64,000 nucleotides of DNA from positions 2,176,001 to 2,240,000 of the forward strand of contig OY970173.1 of NCBI GenBank assembly GCA_963707635.1. The letters run 5' to 3'. This stretch comes from Candidatus Latescibacterota bacterium (GTDB lineage Bacteria > Krumholzibacteriota > Krumholzibacteriia > WVZY01 > JAKEHA01). This document shows, piece after piece, positions 51,726-60,995 of this stretch. The position numbers and the translations under genes are program-made. Each line of letters begins with the position of its first letter. Position 1 is the first letter of the stretch. The notes under the pieces are model-generated. The model worked only from the letters and a program-made list of their open reading frames with translations, made no database searches and was not told the origin of the DNA.

Positions 51726-52727
51726 CTAGATCGAGTGCTTGAACAGCACGGATCCCCACGTGAATCCGCCGCCGAACCCGGCAAACACCACCCGGTCGCC
51801 GCGCCGGAGGCGTCCCGCGCGGACCACCTCGTCGTACGCGGTCGGGACGGTCGCCGACGACGTGTTGCCGAACCGATCGAGGTTGACGACGACCTTGTCG
51901 GCCGGGATCTCGAGGCGCTCGACCACCGCGTCGATGATGCGAACGTTGGCCTGGTGCGGTATGAACAGCGCTATGTCGTCGACGGTGCACCCCGCCCCGT
52001 CCATGGCGGCACGCGCCGCGTCGGCCATGGCGCGCACGGCCCACTTGAAAACGCCGTCGCCCTTCATCTTGATGAACTGGGAGTGTTCCATGGCGGTGGC
52101 GGAGTCGAACGGATGCCGGGACCCGCCGGTCGGAATGCACAGGAGGTCGGCCAGCGACCCGTCGCTCCCCATGTGGGTGGCGATGATGCCGTCGCCCACC
52201 GGGCACGCTTCCATCACCGCCGCACCGGCCCCGTCGCCGAAGAGCACGCACGTCGCCCGGTCGCTCCAGTCGACAAACTTGCTCAGCACCTCCGAGCCCA
52301 CGACCAGCACGCGATTCATCTGCCCGGATGCGATCATGCCGTGGGCGAGAATAACGCCGTAGATGAAGCCGCTGCACGCGGCGCTGATGTCGAACGCGGC
52401 CGCGTTCGTCGCCCCCAGCCGATCCTGCAGGATCGTCGCGGTCGCCGGAAACGGCATGTCGCCGGTGACGGTACCGAGAATGATCCCGTCCAGTTGCTTC
52501 GGGTCGGTGCCGGCCATATCCAGCGCGGCCCGCGCCGCCACCAGCGCCAGGTCGGAACACGCCTGGTCGGCGCTGGCGATACGCCGTTCCTTGATTCCGG
52601 TCCGGGTCGTGATCCACTCGTCCGACGTTTCCACCATCTGCTCGAGGTCGTGGTTGGTCATCACGCGCTCGGGGAAGTAGCGACCGGTGCCGATGATGCG
52701 TGAAGATCTAAGTGACGCTGGCAACAT
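51726..52727 (-). CDS. fabH: Beta-ketoacyl-ACP synthase III
   Basis: AACSGF, PHQAN, GNTSSA. Confidence 0.95.
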   Translation of the reverse strand: MLPASLRSSRIIGTGRYFPERVMTNHDLEQMVETSDEWITTRTGIKERRIASADQACSDLALVAARAALDMAGTDPKQLDGIILGTVTGDMPFPATATILQDRLGATNAAAFDISAACSGFIYGVILAHGMIASGQMNRVLVVGSEVLSKFVDWSDRATCVLFGDGAGAAVMEACPVGDGIIATHMGSDGSLADLLCIPTGGSRHPFDSATAMEHSQFIKMKGDGVFKWAVRAMADAARAAMDGAGCTVDDIALFIPHQANVRIIDAVVERLEIPADKVVVNLDRFGNTSSATVPTAYDEVVRAGRLRRGDRVVFAGFGGGFTWGSVLFKHSI

Positions 52728-53724
52728 GCTCCACTCCGGCGGCGAATCGCTCCTCGATGTGACGGTTGACGTCGGCATTGACGGACCGGGCCGCCGCCAG
52801 AATGGCGTTCGTGATCGCCCGCTGCGAGCTCTTCCCGTGCGAGATGATGACGACGCCGTTGGCGCCCAGCAGCGGGGCGCCCCCGTATTCCGCGTAGTCC
52901 AGCTGCGAACGAATCGACGCGAACGCGCGCATCATCAAGAGCGCGCCCGCTTTCGCCAGCACCCCGCGACGGATCTCGTCGCGGACGAGATGGGATAGAA
53001 AGGAATAGATGCTCTCGGAGAACTTGAGGATGACGTTGCCGACGAAACCGTCGCACACCACCACATCCGCCGCCCCGTCGAACACGTCGCGCCCTTCGAC
53101 GTTGCCCACGAACTGCACGCGCCGATCCGCCTCCAGCAGGGCGTAGGCGTCTCGCACCAGCTCGTTGCCCTTGCTCCTCTCTTCCCCGATGTTGAGCAGC
53201 CCGACGCGCGGGCGCGCGATGCCGAGGTGATGTTCGGCGTACACCGAGCCCATGATGGCGAACTGGACCAGGTTTTTCGGGGTGCACTCGTGGTTGGCGC
53301 CCACGTCCAGCACCACCGCGCCCCGGCGCTTGTTCGGCCACAGCGTGGAGATCGCCGGGCGCGATACTCCGCGGAGCCTCCCGACTGTGATCAACGCGCT
53401 GGCCACCACCGCGCCGGTGTTGCCCGCGCTCACCATCGCCTGCGCCTTCCCCTCCCGCACCAGGCGCAGCGCCACCGTGATGGACGCGTCCTTCTTGCGC
53501 CGAATCGCCTGCGCGGGGGATTCGTGCATGTCGATCGTCTCGGAGGCGTGGACGATCTCGACCAGCGCCGGGTCGACGCCGCGGACCAGCGGGCGCAGCT
53601 CCTCTTCCCGGCCCACCAGGATCAGCTGGATGCCGCTCGCGCGCGTGCGCGCCGCCTCGATCGCACCGGGCACGACGACCGCGGGGCCCCTGTCGCCACC
53701 CATCGCGTCAACGGCGATCCGCAC
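52708..53724 (-). CDS. plsX: Phosphate acyltransferase
   Basis: IAVDAMGGD, SAGNTGA, DGFVGN. Confidence 0.95.
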   Translation of the reverse strand: MRIAVDAMGGDRGPAVVVPGAIEAARTRASGIQLILVGREEELRPLVRGVDPALVEIVHASETIDMHESPAQAIRRKKDASITVALRLVREGKAQAMVSAGNTGAVVASALITVGRLRGVSRPAISTLWPNKRRGAVVLDVGANHECTPKNLVQFAIMGSVYAEHHLGIARPRVGLLNIGEERSKGNELVRDAYALLEADRRVQFVGNVEGRDVFDGAADVVVCDGFVGNVILKFSESIYSFLSHLVRDEIRRGVLAKAGALLMMRAFASIRSQLDYAEYGGAPLLGANGVVIISHGKSSQRAITNAILAAARSVNADVNRHIEERFAAGVEHVASVT

Positions 53725-53734
53725 CCATCACCTC

Positions 53735-53920
53735 TTAGAGTTCTTCTTCGATGCGGACGACTTCGCGCCCCGCGTAGAACCCGCAGTTCGGACAAACGCT
53801 GTGCGGGGTCTTCGGCTGACCGCAGTGCGAGCACTTGGTGAGCCCCGGAGCCTCGGCCTTCCAGTTGGTGCGACGCTTGCGCTTGCGCGTCTTCGAATGT
53901 CTTCGTTTTGGCAGTCCCAT
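53735..53920 (-). CDS. rpmF: 50S ribosomal protein L32 (Zn-ribbon type)
   Basis: PKRRHSK, CSHC...CPNCG. Confidence 0.95.
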   Translation of the reverse strand: MGLPKRRHSKTRKRKRRTNWKAEAPGLTKCSHCGQPKTPHSVCPNCGFYAGREVVRIEEEL

Positions 53921-53936
53921 GACCTCTCCTTGACAC

Positions 53937-53974
53937 AAAAAAAACAGCCCGCGCGAGGGGCGTCCCCCGCGCGG
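53937..53974 (-). terminator. Terminator-like hairpin plus U8 between yceD and rpmF
   Basis: CCGCGCGGGGG-ACGC-CCCTCGCGCGG-GCTG-TTTTTTTT. Confidence 0.55.
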
Positions 53975-53984
53975 TGTCCATCCG

Positions 53985-54479
53985 CTACTTCAACTTCTTC
54001 AGTGCGTCCCAGCGCTCGTCCGCCGGCGACTCGCACGTACACGCGTCGGTATTGCGGTTGGCCCCGCACACGGGGCACAGGCCGCGGCACTCCTCGCTGC
54101 ACACGATGATCATCGGCGTGTTCACGACGATGGCCTCGTGGACGAACGGGTCGAACTCCACCTCGTACTGCTGGGCCGCGAGGAATACCACGTCGTCCCC
54201 GCCGTCCCCCGGCTCACCGCGCCGCACCATCAGGTCGAACTCCCCGCGCACCGTGTGGCGCACCGGAACCAGGCAGCGTTGACACGCGGTTACGATCGCC
54301 CCCTCGACGGCGGCGTGGAAGAGGAACCCGCCCCCCGATTGACGATAGTCAATCCCGACCGTCCACGGAACGTGTATCGGTCCGGCGACTGGATCATCCA
54401 CCGTGGTGACACCCGCTCCGGCCAGATGGCCGTCCGCTGCAGCGAGCTCACGGATGTCGACGATCACGCCCGTCCCCAC
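53985..54479 (-). CDS. yceD: DUF177/YceD family protein
   Basis: [28 protein letters not shown]. Confidence 0.9.
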   Translation of the reverse strand: MGTGVIVDIRELAAADGHLAGAGVTTVDDPVAGPIHVPWTVGIDYRQSGGGFLFHAAVEGAIVTACQRCLVPVRHTVRGEFDLMVRRGEPGDGGDDVVFLAAQQYEVEFDPFVHEAIVVNTPMIIVCSEECRGLCPVCGANRNTDACTCESPADERWDALKKLK

Positions 54480-54526
54480 CCTTCGTAACCCGCTCGGCGA
54501 CCTGCACTTTCGTCCGGGTCGCGTCG

Positions 54527-54555
54527 ACTCTAGGCCCCACCGAATGCAATTTCAA
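54527..54555 (-). promoter_or_regulatory. Sigma70-type promoter for yceD-rpmF within the ndk 3' end
   Basis: TTGAAA-N17-TAGAGT. Confidence 0.55.
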
Positions 54556-54931
54556 GCTCTTTCTCGGCCGACGCGGGCGAGTCGGAACCGTGTACCGCAT
54601 TGTTTTGCAATGACTTGCCATACATGTGCCGGATCGTGCCGGGTCGCGCGTCGGCGGGATTCGTGGCCCCGATCAACTCCCGCACCCGCGCCACCGCGTC
54701 GTCCGCCTCGACCTCGAGGGCGACGACCGGACCGGAGGTAATGTACGACACCAGTTCCCCGAAGAACGGTCGCGCGCGGTGTACGTCGTAGAACCGCTCG
54801 GCGGTCTGTTTCGAGAAGCGCGCCGTGGCGAGGCGCGTGATGCGAAAGCGGCTCCTCTCGACCATCGAGACGATCTCGCCCACGCGACCGTCGGCGACCG
54901 CGTCGGGCTTTATCATGAGCAACGTCTTCAC
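54530..54931 (-). CDS. ndk: Nucleoside diphosphate kinase
   Basis: [19 protein letters not shown]. Confidence 0.95.
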   Translation of the reverse strand: MKTLLMIKPDAVADGRVGEIVSMVERSRFRITRLATARFSKQTAERFYDVHRARPFFGELVSYITSGPVVALEVEADDAVARVRELIGATNPADARPGTIRHMYGKSLQNNAVHGSDSPASAEKELEIAFGGA

Positions 54932-54950
54932 CGCAGACTCCTTTCTCCGC

Positions 54951-55841
54951 TCACGCCCGCCGCAGCGCGGGTGCCGCGGCGGCTACGAGCGAAACTATTT
55001 CCGAAGGCACCTTCGCCACCCGCACACCCGCCGCGGAGAGCGCGGCGATCTTCTCGGCGGCGGTGCCGCTTCCCCCGGTGACGATCGCGCCGGCGTGGCC
55101 CATGCGCTTGCCCGTGGGTGCGGTCTGCCCGGCGATGAACGAAACCACCGGTTTGGACATCTTCTCGCGGATGAATGCGGCGGCTTCTTCCTCGTCGCTC
55201 CCGCCGATTTCGCCGATCATTACCACCGCTTCGGTCTCCGCATCCCCCTCGAACATGCGCAGCACGTCGATGAAGTTGGTGCCGATCACCGGGTCGCCGC
55301 CGATCCCAATGCACGTCGACTGACCGATTCCGGCCCGCGTGAGCTGGAAAACAACCTCGTAGGTCAGCGTGCCGCTGCGCGACACGACGCCCACCGAACC
55401 CGGCAGCACGATCGACGCGGGGAGAATGCCGACCTTGACGCGTGAGCGGGGCGCGATGAGCCCCGGGCAGTTGGGGCCGAGGAGACGCGCGCCGCGCTCC
55501 TTCACGAAGGCCGCCGCGCGCAGCATGTCGCGCACGGCAACCCCCTCGGTGATGCACACGATCACGCGCACGCCCGCGTCGGCCGCCTCGCAGATCGCGT
55601 CGGCGGCGAAGGGGGCCCGCACGTAGATCACGGAGGTGTTGGCGCCGGTCGCGTCGACGGCGCCGTGAACCGATTCGAAAATCGGGACGTCGCCTTCGAA
55701 GCTCGTGCCTCCCTTGCCCGGCGTCACCCCCGCGACGAGATTCGTCCCGTAGGCGCGCATCTGGCTCGCGTGAAACGATCCGTCGCGGCCGGTGATCCCC
55801 TGCACCACCAGGCGCGTGCTCTTGTCGATCATGACGCTCAC
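54951..55841 (-). CDS. sucD: Succinyl-CoA synthetase alpha subunit
   Basis: VQGITG, GPNCPG, MGHAGA. Confidence 0.95.
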   Translation of the reverse strand: MSVMIDKSTRLVVQGITGRDGSFHASQMRAYGTNLVAGVTPGKGGTSFEGDVPIFESVHGAVDATGANTSVIYVRAPFAADAICEAADAGVRVIVCITEGVAVRDMLRAAAFVKERGARLLGPNCPGLIAPRSRVKVGILPASIVLPGSVGVVSRSGTLTYEVVFQLTRAGIGQSTCIGIGGDPVIGTNFIDVLRMFEGDAETEAVVMIGEIGGSDEEEAAAFIREKMSKPVVSFIAGQTAPTGKRMGHAGAIVTGGSGTAAEKIAALSAAGVRVAKVPSEIVSLVAAAAPALRRA

Positions 55842-55864
55842 AGTTTTTTCCTCCGCCTTTTCGG

Positions 55865-56998
55865 CTAACCCGCCAGCTCGATGGCCTTCTTCACCGCTTC
55901 GTCCATGGTCTCGGCGGCGTGGAGGCTCGGGATCTGCCGCAGGATTTCCCGGGCCTCGACTTCGTTGGTGCCGGTCAGACGCACCACCACCGGCTGCTTC
56001 AACTTCATCTGGGCGAACGCGGTGACCAGACCGCGGGCCACGTCGTCGCAGCGGGTGATGCCGCCGAAGATGTTGAACAGAATCGAACGAACGCTCGGGT
56101 CCTCCAGAATGATGGAGAGCGCGCTGACCACCTTTTCCGGGCGTGAACTCCCGCCGATGTCGAGGAAGTTGGCCGGCTGCCCGCCGTAGGTCTTCACCAG
56201 GTCCATGGTGGCCATCGCCAGCCCGGCCCCGTTGACCACGCACCCGACGTTGCCGGAGAGCCGCACGAACGACAGCCCCTCCGCGCGCGCGCGCACCTCA
56301 CCCGCGTCTTCCGCCCCCACGTCGCGCATCGCCTCGATCTCGGGGTGGCGGTAGAGCGCGTTGTCGTCGAAGTTGAGCTTGGCGTCGACCGCGACCACGC
56401 GCCGGTCGGCCGTCACCACCAGCGGGTTGATCTCGGCCAGGCTCGCGTCGAGGTCGTCGTAGAGGCGGTAGAGCTTCTCGATGATGTCGGCCGTGGGGCG
56501 CGCGAGCTCCGCGTCGCCCATCAGTGACATCGCAAGCCGCCGCAGCTGGAACGGGTGCGCGCCGTAGCGCGGGTCCACCCACACCCGCTGGATCGCGCCC
56601 GGGTTGTCGCGAGCGGTCACTTCGATCTCGACCCCGCCCTCGGCCGACGCCATGATCAGCGGCTGGTGCGCGCGGCGATCGAGGATCACGCCGACATAGA
56701 TCTCGCGCGCGATGTCGACCGCCTCGGTGACCAGCACCCGCCGCACCTTCTCGCCCTTGATGTCGAGCCCGAGAATCTGCGCGGCCTTCTCGCGGGCCTC
56801 CTTCGGAGTCTGCGCGATCTTGACGCCACCCGCCTTCCCGCGCCCGCCCACGAGCACCTGCGCCTTGACCACCACCGGCTTGCCGATCTTCGCTGCCTCC
56901 GCCTCCGCGCGTTCGGGCGTGTCGACGACGATTCCCGGTGGCACCGGAATCCCGGCGCGGGCGAACAACTCCTTGGCCTGATACTCGTGGATCTTCAT
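55865..56998 (-). CDS. sucC: Succinyl-CoA synthetase beta subunit
   Basis: [26 protein letters not shown]. Confidence 0.95.
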   Translation of the reverse strand: MKIHEYQAKELFARAGIPVPPGIVVDTPERAEAEAAKIGKPVVVKAQVLVGGRGKAGGVKIAQTPKEAREKAAQILGLDIKGEKVRRVLVTEAVDIAREIYVGVILDRRAHQPLIMASAEGGVEIEVTARDNPGAIQRVWVDPRYGAHPFQLRRLAMSLMGDAELARPTADIIEKLYRLYDDLDASLAEINPLVVTADRRVVAVDAKLNFDDNALYRHPEIEAMRDVGAEDAGEVRARAEGLSFVRLSGNVGCVVNGAGLAMATMDLVKTYGGQPANFLDIGGSSRPEKVVSALSIILEDPSVRSILFNIFGGITRCDDVARGLVTAFAQMKLKQPVVVRLTGTNEVEAREILRQIPSLHAAETMDEAVKKAIELAG

Positions 56999-57033
56999 GC
57001 CTTCTCCTTGGTACGTGCGCCGCTCGTCGTCTG

Positions 57034-58374
57034 TCAGGCAGCCGCACGCGGGTGTTTGCCCACGAACTCCTGCACCACGTCGGACAGAGTGGGGTGGCCG
57101 ATTTCCTCCAGCGCGTAGGTCACGCGCAGGCACGGCTTGTCGATGCGGACCAGGCGGGTCAGGTCGATGGGCGTGCCCACCAGCACCACGTCGCAGGGCA
57201 CGGCCGCGATCGTGCGCTCCAAATCCTCGATTTGCGCATCTCCGTACCCCATCGCGGGGAGCAGCGGACCGATGGCCGGGTAGGCGCGAAACGTGTCGGC
57301 GAGCTCGCCCACCGCGTACGGGCGGGGGTCGACCACCGTCGCGGCGCCGTGCTGCCTGGCGGCCACCATCGCGGCGCCGTAACGCATTTCGCCGTGGGTG
57401 ACGGTCGGTCCGTCCTCGACGCAGAGAACCCGACGCCCGGCGATCAACCCGGCGTCACCCTGCACCGTGACCAGCGACCGGGCGCGCACCACTGTCGCGC
57501 GCGGGTTTCGCGACGCGACGTTGCGCAGCACCTCTTCCACACCCGCCGGCGACGCCGAGTCCATCTTGTTCACGACCACCACGTCGGCGCGGTAGAGGTT
57601 CGTCTCCCCCGGGTAATAGCGGATCTCGTGGCCCGGACGGTGCGGGTCCACCACCACGATCCACACCGACGGACGATAGAACGGCAGGTCGTTGTTGCCT
57701 CCGTCCCAGAGGATCACGTCGGCTTCCTTCTCCGCTTCCTTGAGAATCAACGCGTAGTCGACTCCGGCGAACACGACGCTCCCCGCCGCGATGTGGTGCT
57801 CGTACTCCTCCCGCTCTTCGATGGTGCAGTGGGCCCGGGCGAGGTCGTCGTAGGATCCCAGCCGCTGCACCGCCTGCGCCGCCAGGTCTCCGTACGGCAT
57901 GGGGTGGCGCACGACCACCACGCGGTAGCCCTGTGCGCGCAGCAGCTCGGCCATGCGGCGCGTGGTCTGGCTCTTCCCGCTCCCGGTGCGAACCGCACAC
58001 ACCGCGATCACCGGCCGGACGCTCGCCAGCATGGTGCGGTTGGCGCCGAGGAGGACGAAATCGGCGCCAAGCGCGTTGACCAGCGCGGCCCGCTGCATGA
58101 CGTGCTCATACGATGCGTCGCTGTACGAGAATATCGCGGCGTCGACGCGTTCGCGCTCGAACAGCGCCGGAATCTCGGACGCGGGCACGATCGGGATCCC
58201 GGCCGGGTAGGCCTCCCCGGCCAGACCCGGCGGGTACGTCCGCCCCTCGATGTGCGGGATCTGCGTCGCCGTGAACGCGACCACCTCCACCTTCGGGTTG
58301 TGCCGGTAGAGAACATTGAAATTGTGAAAGTCGCGCCCCGCCGCACCCATGATGACGATTCGTTCCCGTGACAT
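57034..58374 (-). CDS. COG2403 P-loop NTPase (cyclic 2,3-diphosphoglycerate synthetase / arginine synthetase ArcE-like)
   Basis: GAAGRDFHNFN, RTGSGKS, RHPMPYGDL, TIEEREEYE, WDGGNND, EDGPT.THG. Confidence 0.85.
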   Translation of the reverse strand: MSRERIVIMGAAGRDFHNFNVLYRHNPKVEVVAFTATQIPHIEGRTYPPGLAGEAYPAGIPIVPASEIPALFERERVDAAIFSYSDASYEHVMQRAALVNALGADFVLLGANRTMLASVRPVIAVCAVRTGSGKSQTTRRMAELLRAQGYRVVVVRHPMPYGDLAAQAVQRLGSYDDLARAHCTIEEREEYEHHIAAGSVVFAGVDYALILKEAEKEADVILWDGGNNDLPFYRPSVWIVVVDPHRPGHEIRYYPGETNLYRADVVVVNKMDSASPAGVEEVLRNVASRNPRATVVRARSLVTVQGDAGLIAGRRVLCVEDGPTVTHGEMRYGAAMVAARQHGAATVVDPRPYAVGELADTFRAYPAIGPLLPAMGYGDAQIEDLERTIAAVPCDVVLVGTPIDLTRLVRIDKPCLRVTYALEEIGHPTLSDVVQEFVGKHPRAAA

Positions 58375-58393
58375 GATTACCGCCCGCCGCCGC

Positions 58394-58894
58394 TCACGAG
58401 CGGCCCGGCCTTTCCGTCATTCGTCTGACGATGTCCGACGTCGAGTATCCCGGACGCATCGGGAGGCGAACCACGCGGCCGCCCGCCGCCAACACGACGT
58501 CTTCTCCCACGATCGCGCCGGGTCCGTATTCAGCGCCTTTGACCAGCACGTCCGGCTGCACGCGGCGGATCGGTTCGATGGGCGTGTCGCCCTCGAACAC
58601 CGTGACCGCGTCTACCCACCGCAGCGCGAGCAGGAGCTCCGCGCGTTCGGCGGCCGGATAGATCGGCCGGCCGCGCCCCTTGAGCCTCGCAACCGATGCA
58701 TCGTCGTTGATGGCGACCATCAACACGTCGCCCAGGGCGGCCGCGTCTTCGAGCAGCGCAAGGTGCCCGGGGTGCAGCAGGTCGAAACACCCGTTGGTAA
58801 ACACAATCCGACGTCCCCCGCGGCGCCACTCGTCCGCGACGCGCTCCAGCCCGTCGGCCGAAACCACGCTGTGCCCGGTCCCGCCCATTGTCAT
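58394..58894 (-). CDS. hldC: D-glycero-beta-D-manno-heptose 1-phosphate adenylyltransferase (RfaE domain II)
   Basis: FTNGCFDLLHPGH, RLKGRGRP, LVKG, YSTS. Confidence 0.9.
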   Translation of the reverse strand: MTMGGTGHSVVSADGLERVADEWRRGGRRIVFTNGCFDLLHPGHLALLEDAAALGDVLMVAINDDASVARLKGRGRPIYPAAERAELLLALRWVDAVTVFEGDTPIEPIRRVQPDVLVKGAEYGPGAIVGEDVVLAAGGRVVRLPMRPGYSTSDIVRRMTERPGRS

Positions 58895-59919
58895 TCGAAG
58901 GCCGCGACCAGGTCCGCGGCGGACAGCGTCGACGTGCCCACTTCCTTGATGACTTCGCCCGCCGCCTGATTGGCCATCACGACGCCGTCGACGATGTCCA
59001 CTCCCGTCGCGAGCGCCGCCGCGAGCACGCTGATCACGGTGTCGCCGGCGCCGGTGACGTCGTACACCTCCTTGGCCACGGTGGGAATGTGGACCTCACG
59101 GTCCCCCCCCGTCGCACCCCGGGCGTCGCCCCGGCAATACAGACTCATGCCGTCCTCGCCGCGCGTCACCAACAGTGCACCCAGTTCCATCCGACGCACG
59201 ACGTCGAACGCGAGCGCGGACGGATCGTTTCCCTTGCGGTAGTCGATCCCGGCGGACTGTTGCGCTTCGCGCGCGTTCGGCGTGATCACGGTCACACCCC
59301 GGTACCAGGGAAAATGCGGGATGTGCGGGTCGACGAGGACGGGCTTCCCCAGACCCCGCCATCGGGCCACCAGCTCGCGAAACTCCGCTTCCACCACCAC
59401 CCCCTTGCCGTAGTCGGACACGACCAGGCCCTGACAGCTCTCGGCGAGCGCACTGGCGCGGTCGTAGAGCGCCCGCCGCGTGGCCGCGTCGAGCGCGTCG
59501 TCGCTCTCGAAATCCGCCCGCACGACCTGCTGGTTGCGGGCGATGATGCGCACCTTCTTGGTGGTGGCGCGCCCGCGACATTCCGCCAGGCCGGCGGTCT
59601 CGATTCCCCGTTTCTCGAGCATGCGCGCGACTTCGCGCCCGTCGCGATCGGCGCCCCGCACCGCCACCACCTCCGCACCCACTCCCAGCGCGCGCAGGTT
59701 GGCGGCCACGTTAGCGGCGCCGCCGAGCCGCCGGCTACGACGCGTGACGCGCACCACCGGCACCGGCGCCTCGGGCGAAATGCGCTCGACGTCACCCCAG
59801 AAGTATCGATCCAGCATCACGTCGCCCAGTACCGCGACGCGCGCGGCCGCGAATCGATCCACGTATCTGCGGACCTGCTCGGCGGGCAGACGCGGACGCG
59901 TGTGAGGCGTGTGACTCAA
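58891..59919 (-). CDS. hldA: D-glycero-beta-D-manno-heptose 7-phosphate kinase (RfaE domain I)
   Basis: GDVMLD, ISPEAPVP, SDYGKG, DVTGAGDT; TTG start after SD GAGGAG. Confidence 0.9.
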   Translation of the reverse strand: MSHTPHTRPRLPAEQVRRYVDRFAAARVAVLGDVMLDRYFWGDVERISPEAPVPVVRVTRRSRRLGGAANVAANLRALGVGAEVVAVRGADRDGREVARMLEKRGIETAGLAECRGRATTKKVRIIARNQQVVRADFESDDALDAATRRALYDRASALAESCQGLVVSDYGKGVVVEAEFRELVARWRGLGKPVLVDPHIPHFPWYRGVTVITPNAREAQQSAGIDYRKGNDPSALAFDVVRRMELGALLVTRGEDGMSLYCRGDARGATGGDREVHIPTVAKEVYDVTGAGDTVISVLAAALATGVDIVDGVVMANQAAGEVIKEVGTSTLSAADLVAAFE

Positions 59920-60005
59920 GGTGCTCCTCAAAAAAATGGCCCTGACCACGAAGGACCGGGCGGGAAGGTTCCTGACGGGCGGCGTACCGCGTGGAAACGC
60001 GGCTG

Positions 60006-60034
60006 AACGTAGCACGGGGTGGGTCCCCTGTCAA
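60006..60034 (-). promoter_or_regulatory. Sigma70-type promoter for the hldA operon
   Basis: TTGACA-N17-TACGTT with extended TG. Confidence 0.65.
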
Positions 60035-60141
60035 GGTGCCCGGCGCCGGGTGGAACTCACCACCGGCGTCGGACGAGGTCGTCGAGGCGCCCCGCGGAGG
60101 GGGGACGCCGATGTGTCACATCCTGTGCAACCGGACGCGGG

Positions 60142-60699
60142 CTACTTGTACAACGCCTTGATCGCGCCCCAGGTGCTCGTCTCCGTGGACACGATCCCTT
60201 CCACGACGAACTCGAGCGAGTAGGACTGAATGATGGCGTTCGTCTGCTGGATGACGAAACAGTAGTCGCCTGGATCGAGCTGAGGCATGTCCAACGCGTA
60301 TGTCGTCACCGATCGATCTACAAAGCGAGGCAGGATATCGCTGCCGAGATCCCCAAACTCGACGTGAATGCCGGCCAGAAAGAAAGCGTTCGTGGACCCG
60401 CTCGGGATATAGCTCGTCGTTCCCGCGTTGAACGCGGCGAAACTGAGGTTGTCCGGCGAATACACGAGCAGGTTCAACCCGCTGAGCACCTGATTCGCGC
60501 CGATGGTGAACCGCAGGTAGTCCCGGTCCCCGGACGTGGTCGTCCCGATGACCGTGTTCCCGCCCAGCGCAAATGCCAGCAGCGTCGGCGCTGCGTTATT
60601 GCTCGAGAGGTCCCCGTTGACCGACTCGTCGTGAACGACGGCAGCACGTGCGGGCGCCGCAAGAGCCGCCAACAGGGCAACAATCGCAAAGGTCTTCAT
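60142..60699 (-). CDS. Secreted protein with C-terminal TWGAIKALYK tail (copy 1)
   Basis: SD AAGGAG, signal peptide ending ARA/AA, HDESVNGDLS domain. Confidence 0.88.
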   Translation of the reverse strand: MKTFAIVALLAALAAPARAAVVHDESVNGDLSSNNAAPTLLAFALGGNTVIGTTTSGDRDYLRFTIGANQVLSGLNLLVYSPDNLSFAAFNAGTTSYIPSGSTNAFFLAGIHVEFGDLGSDILPRFVDRSVTTYALDMPQLDPGDYCFVIQQTNAIIQSYSLEFVVEGIVSTETSTWGAIKALYK

Positions 60700-60995
60700 C
60701 GTAACGCTCCTTGGTGTGTGGACGGGGGCTAATCGCACGAGAGAAGGTGCACTCCACAATCCCGGTCCGCTGTCCGGGCCATGCCCCGAGCTCGGCCTCG
60801 GGCTGACCGCGACATCATAGCAGGTTTCTGGTCACTTTTGGAAGTGAACCCTTGTGAATGTGCGGTGCGGGTCGACGAGGACGGGTCTGTCCAGGCGCCC
60901 GGCGCCGAGTGGACGTCACCACCCGGCGTCGGCGAAATCATCGAGGCCCCGGTGGCGGGACACCCACTCGTCGTCCCGTGGGCGCCGGGGGCGCG

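Noticed and set aside
53930..53935. Plus-strand TTGACA
   Set aside because: No matching -10 or plus-strand gene; it adjoins the rpmF SD on the opposite strand.
59940..60005. Possible SRP (4.5S) RNA, prompted by GTCAGG and a GGAA-loop hairpin
   Set aside because: Lacks the conserved CAGG..GRAA..AGCA domain IV arrangement on either strand.
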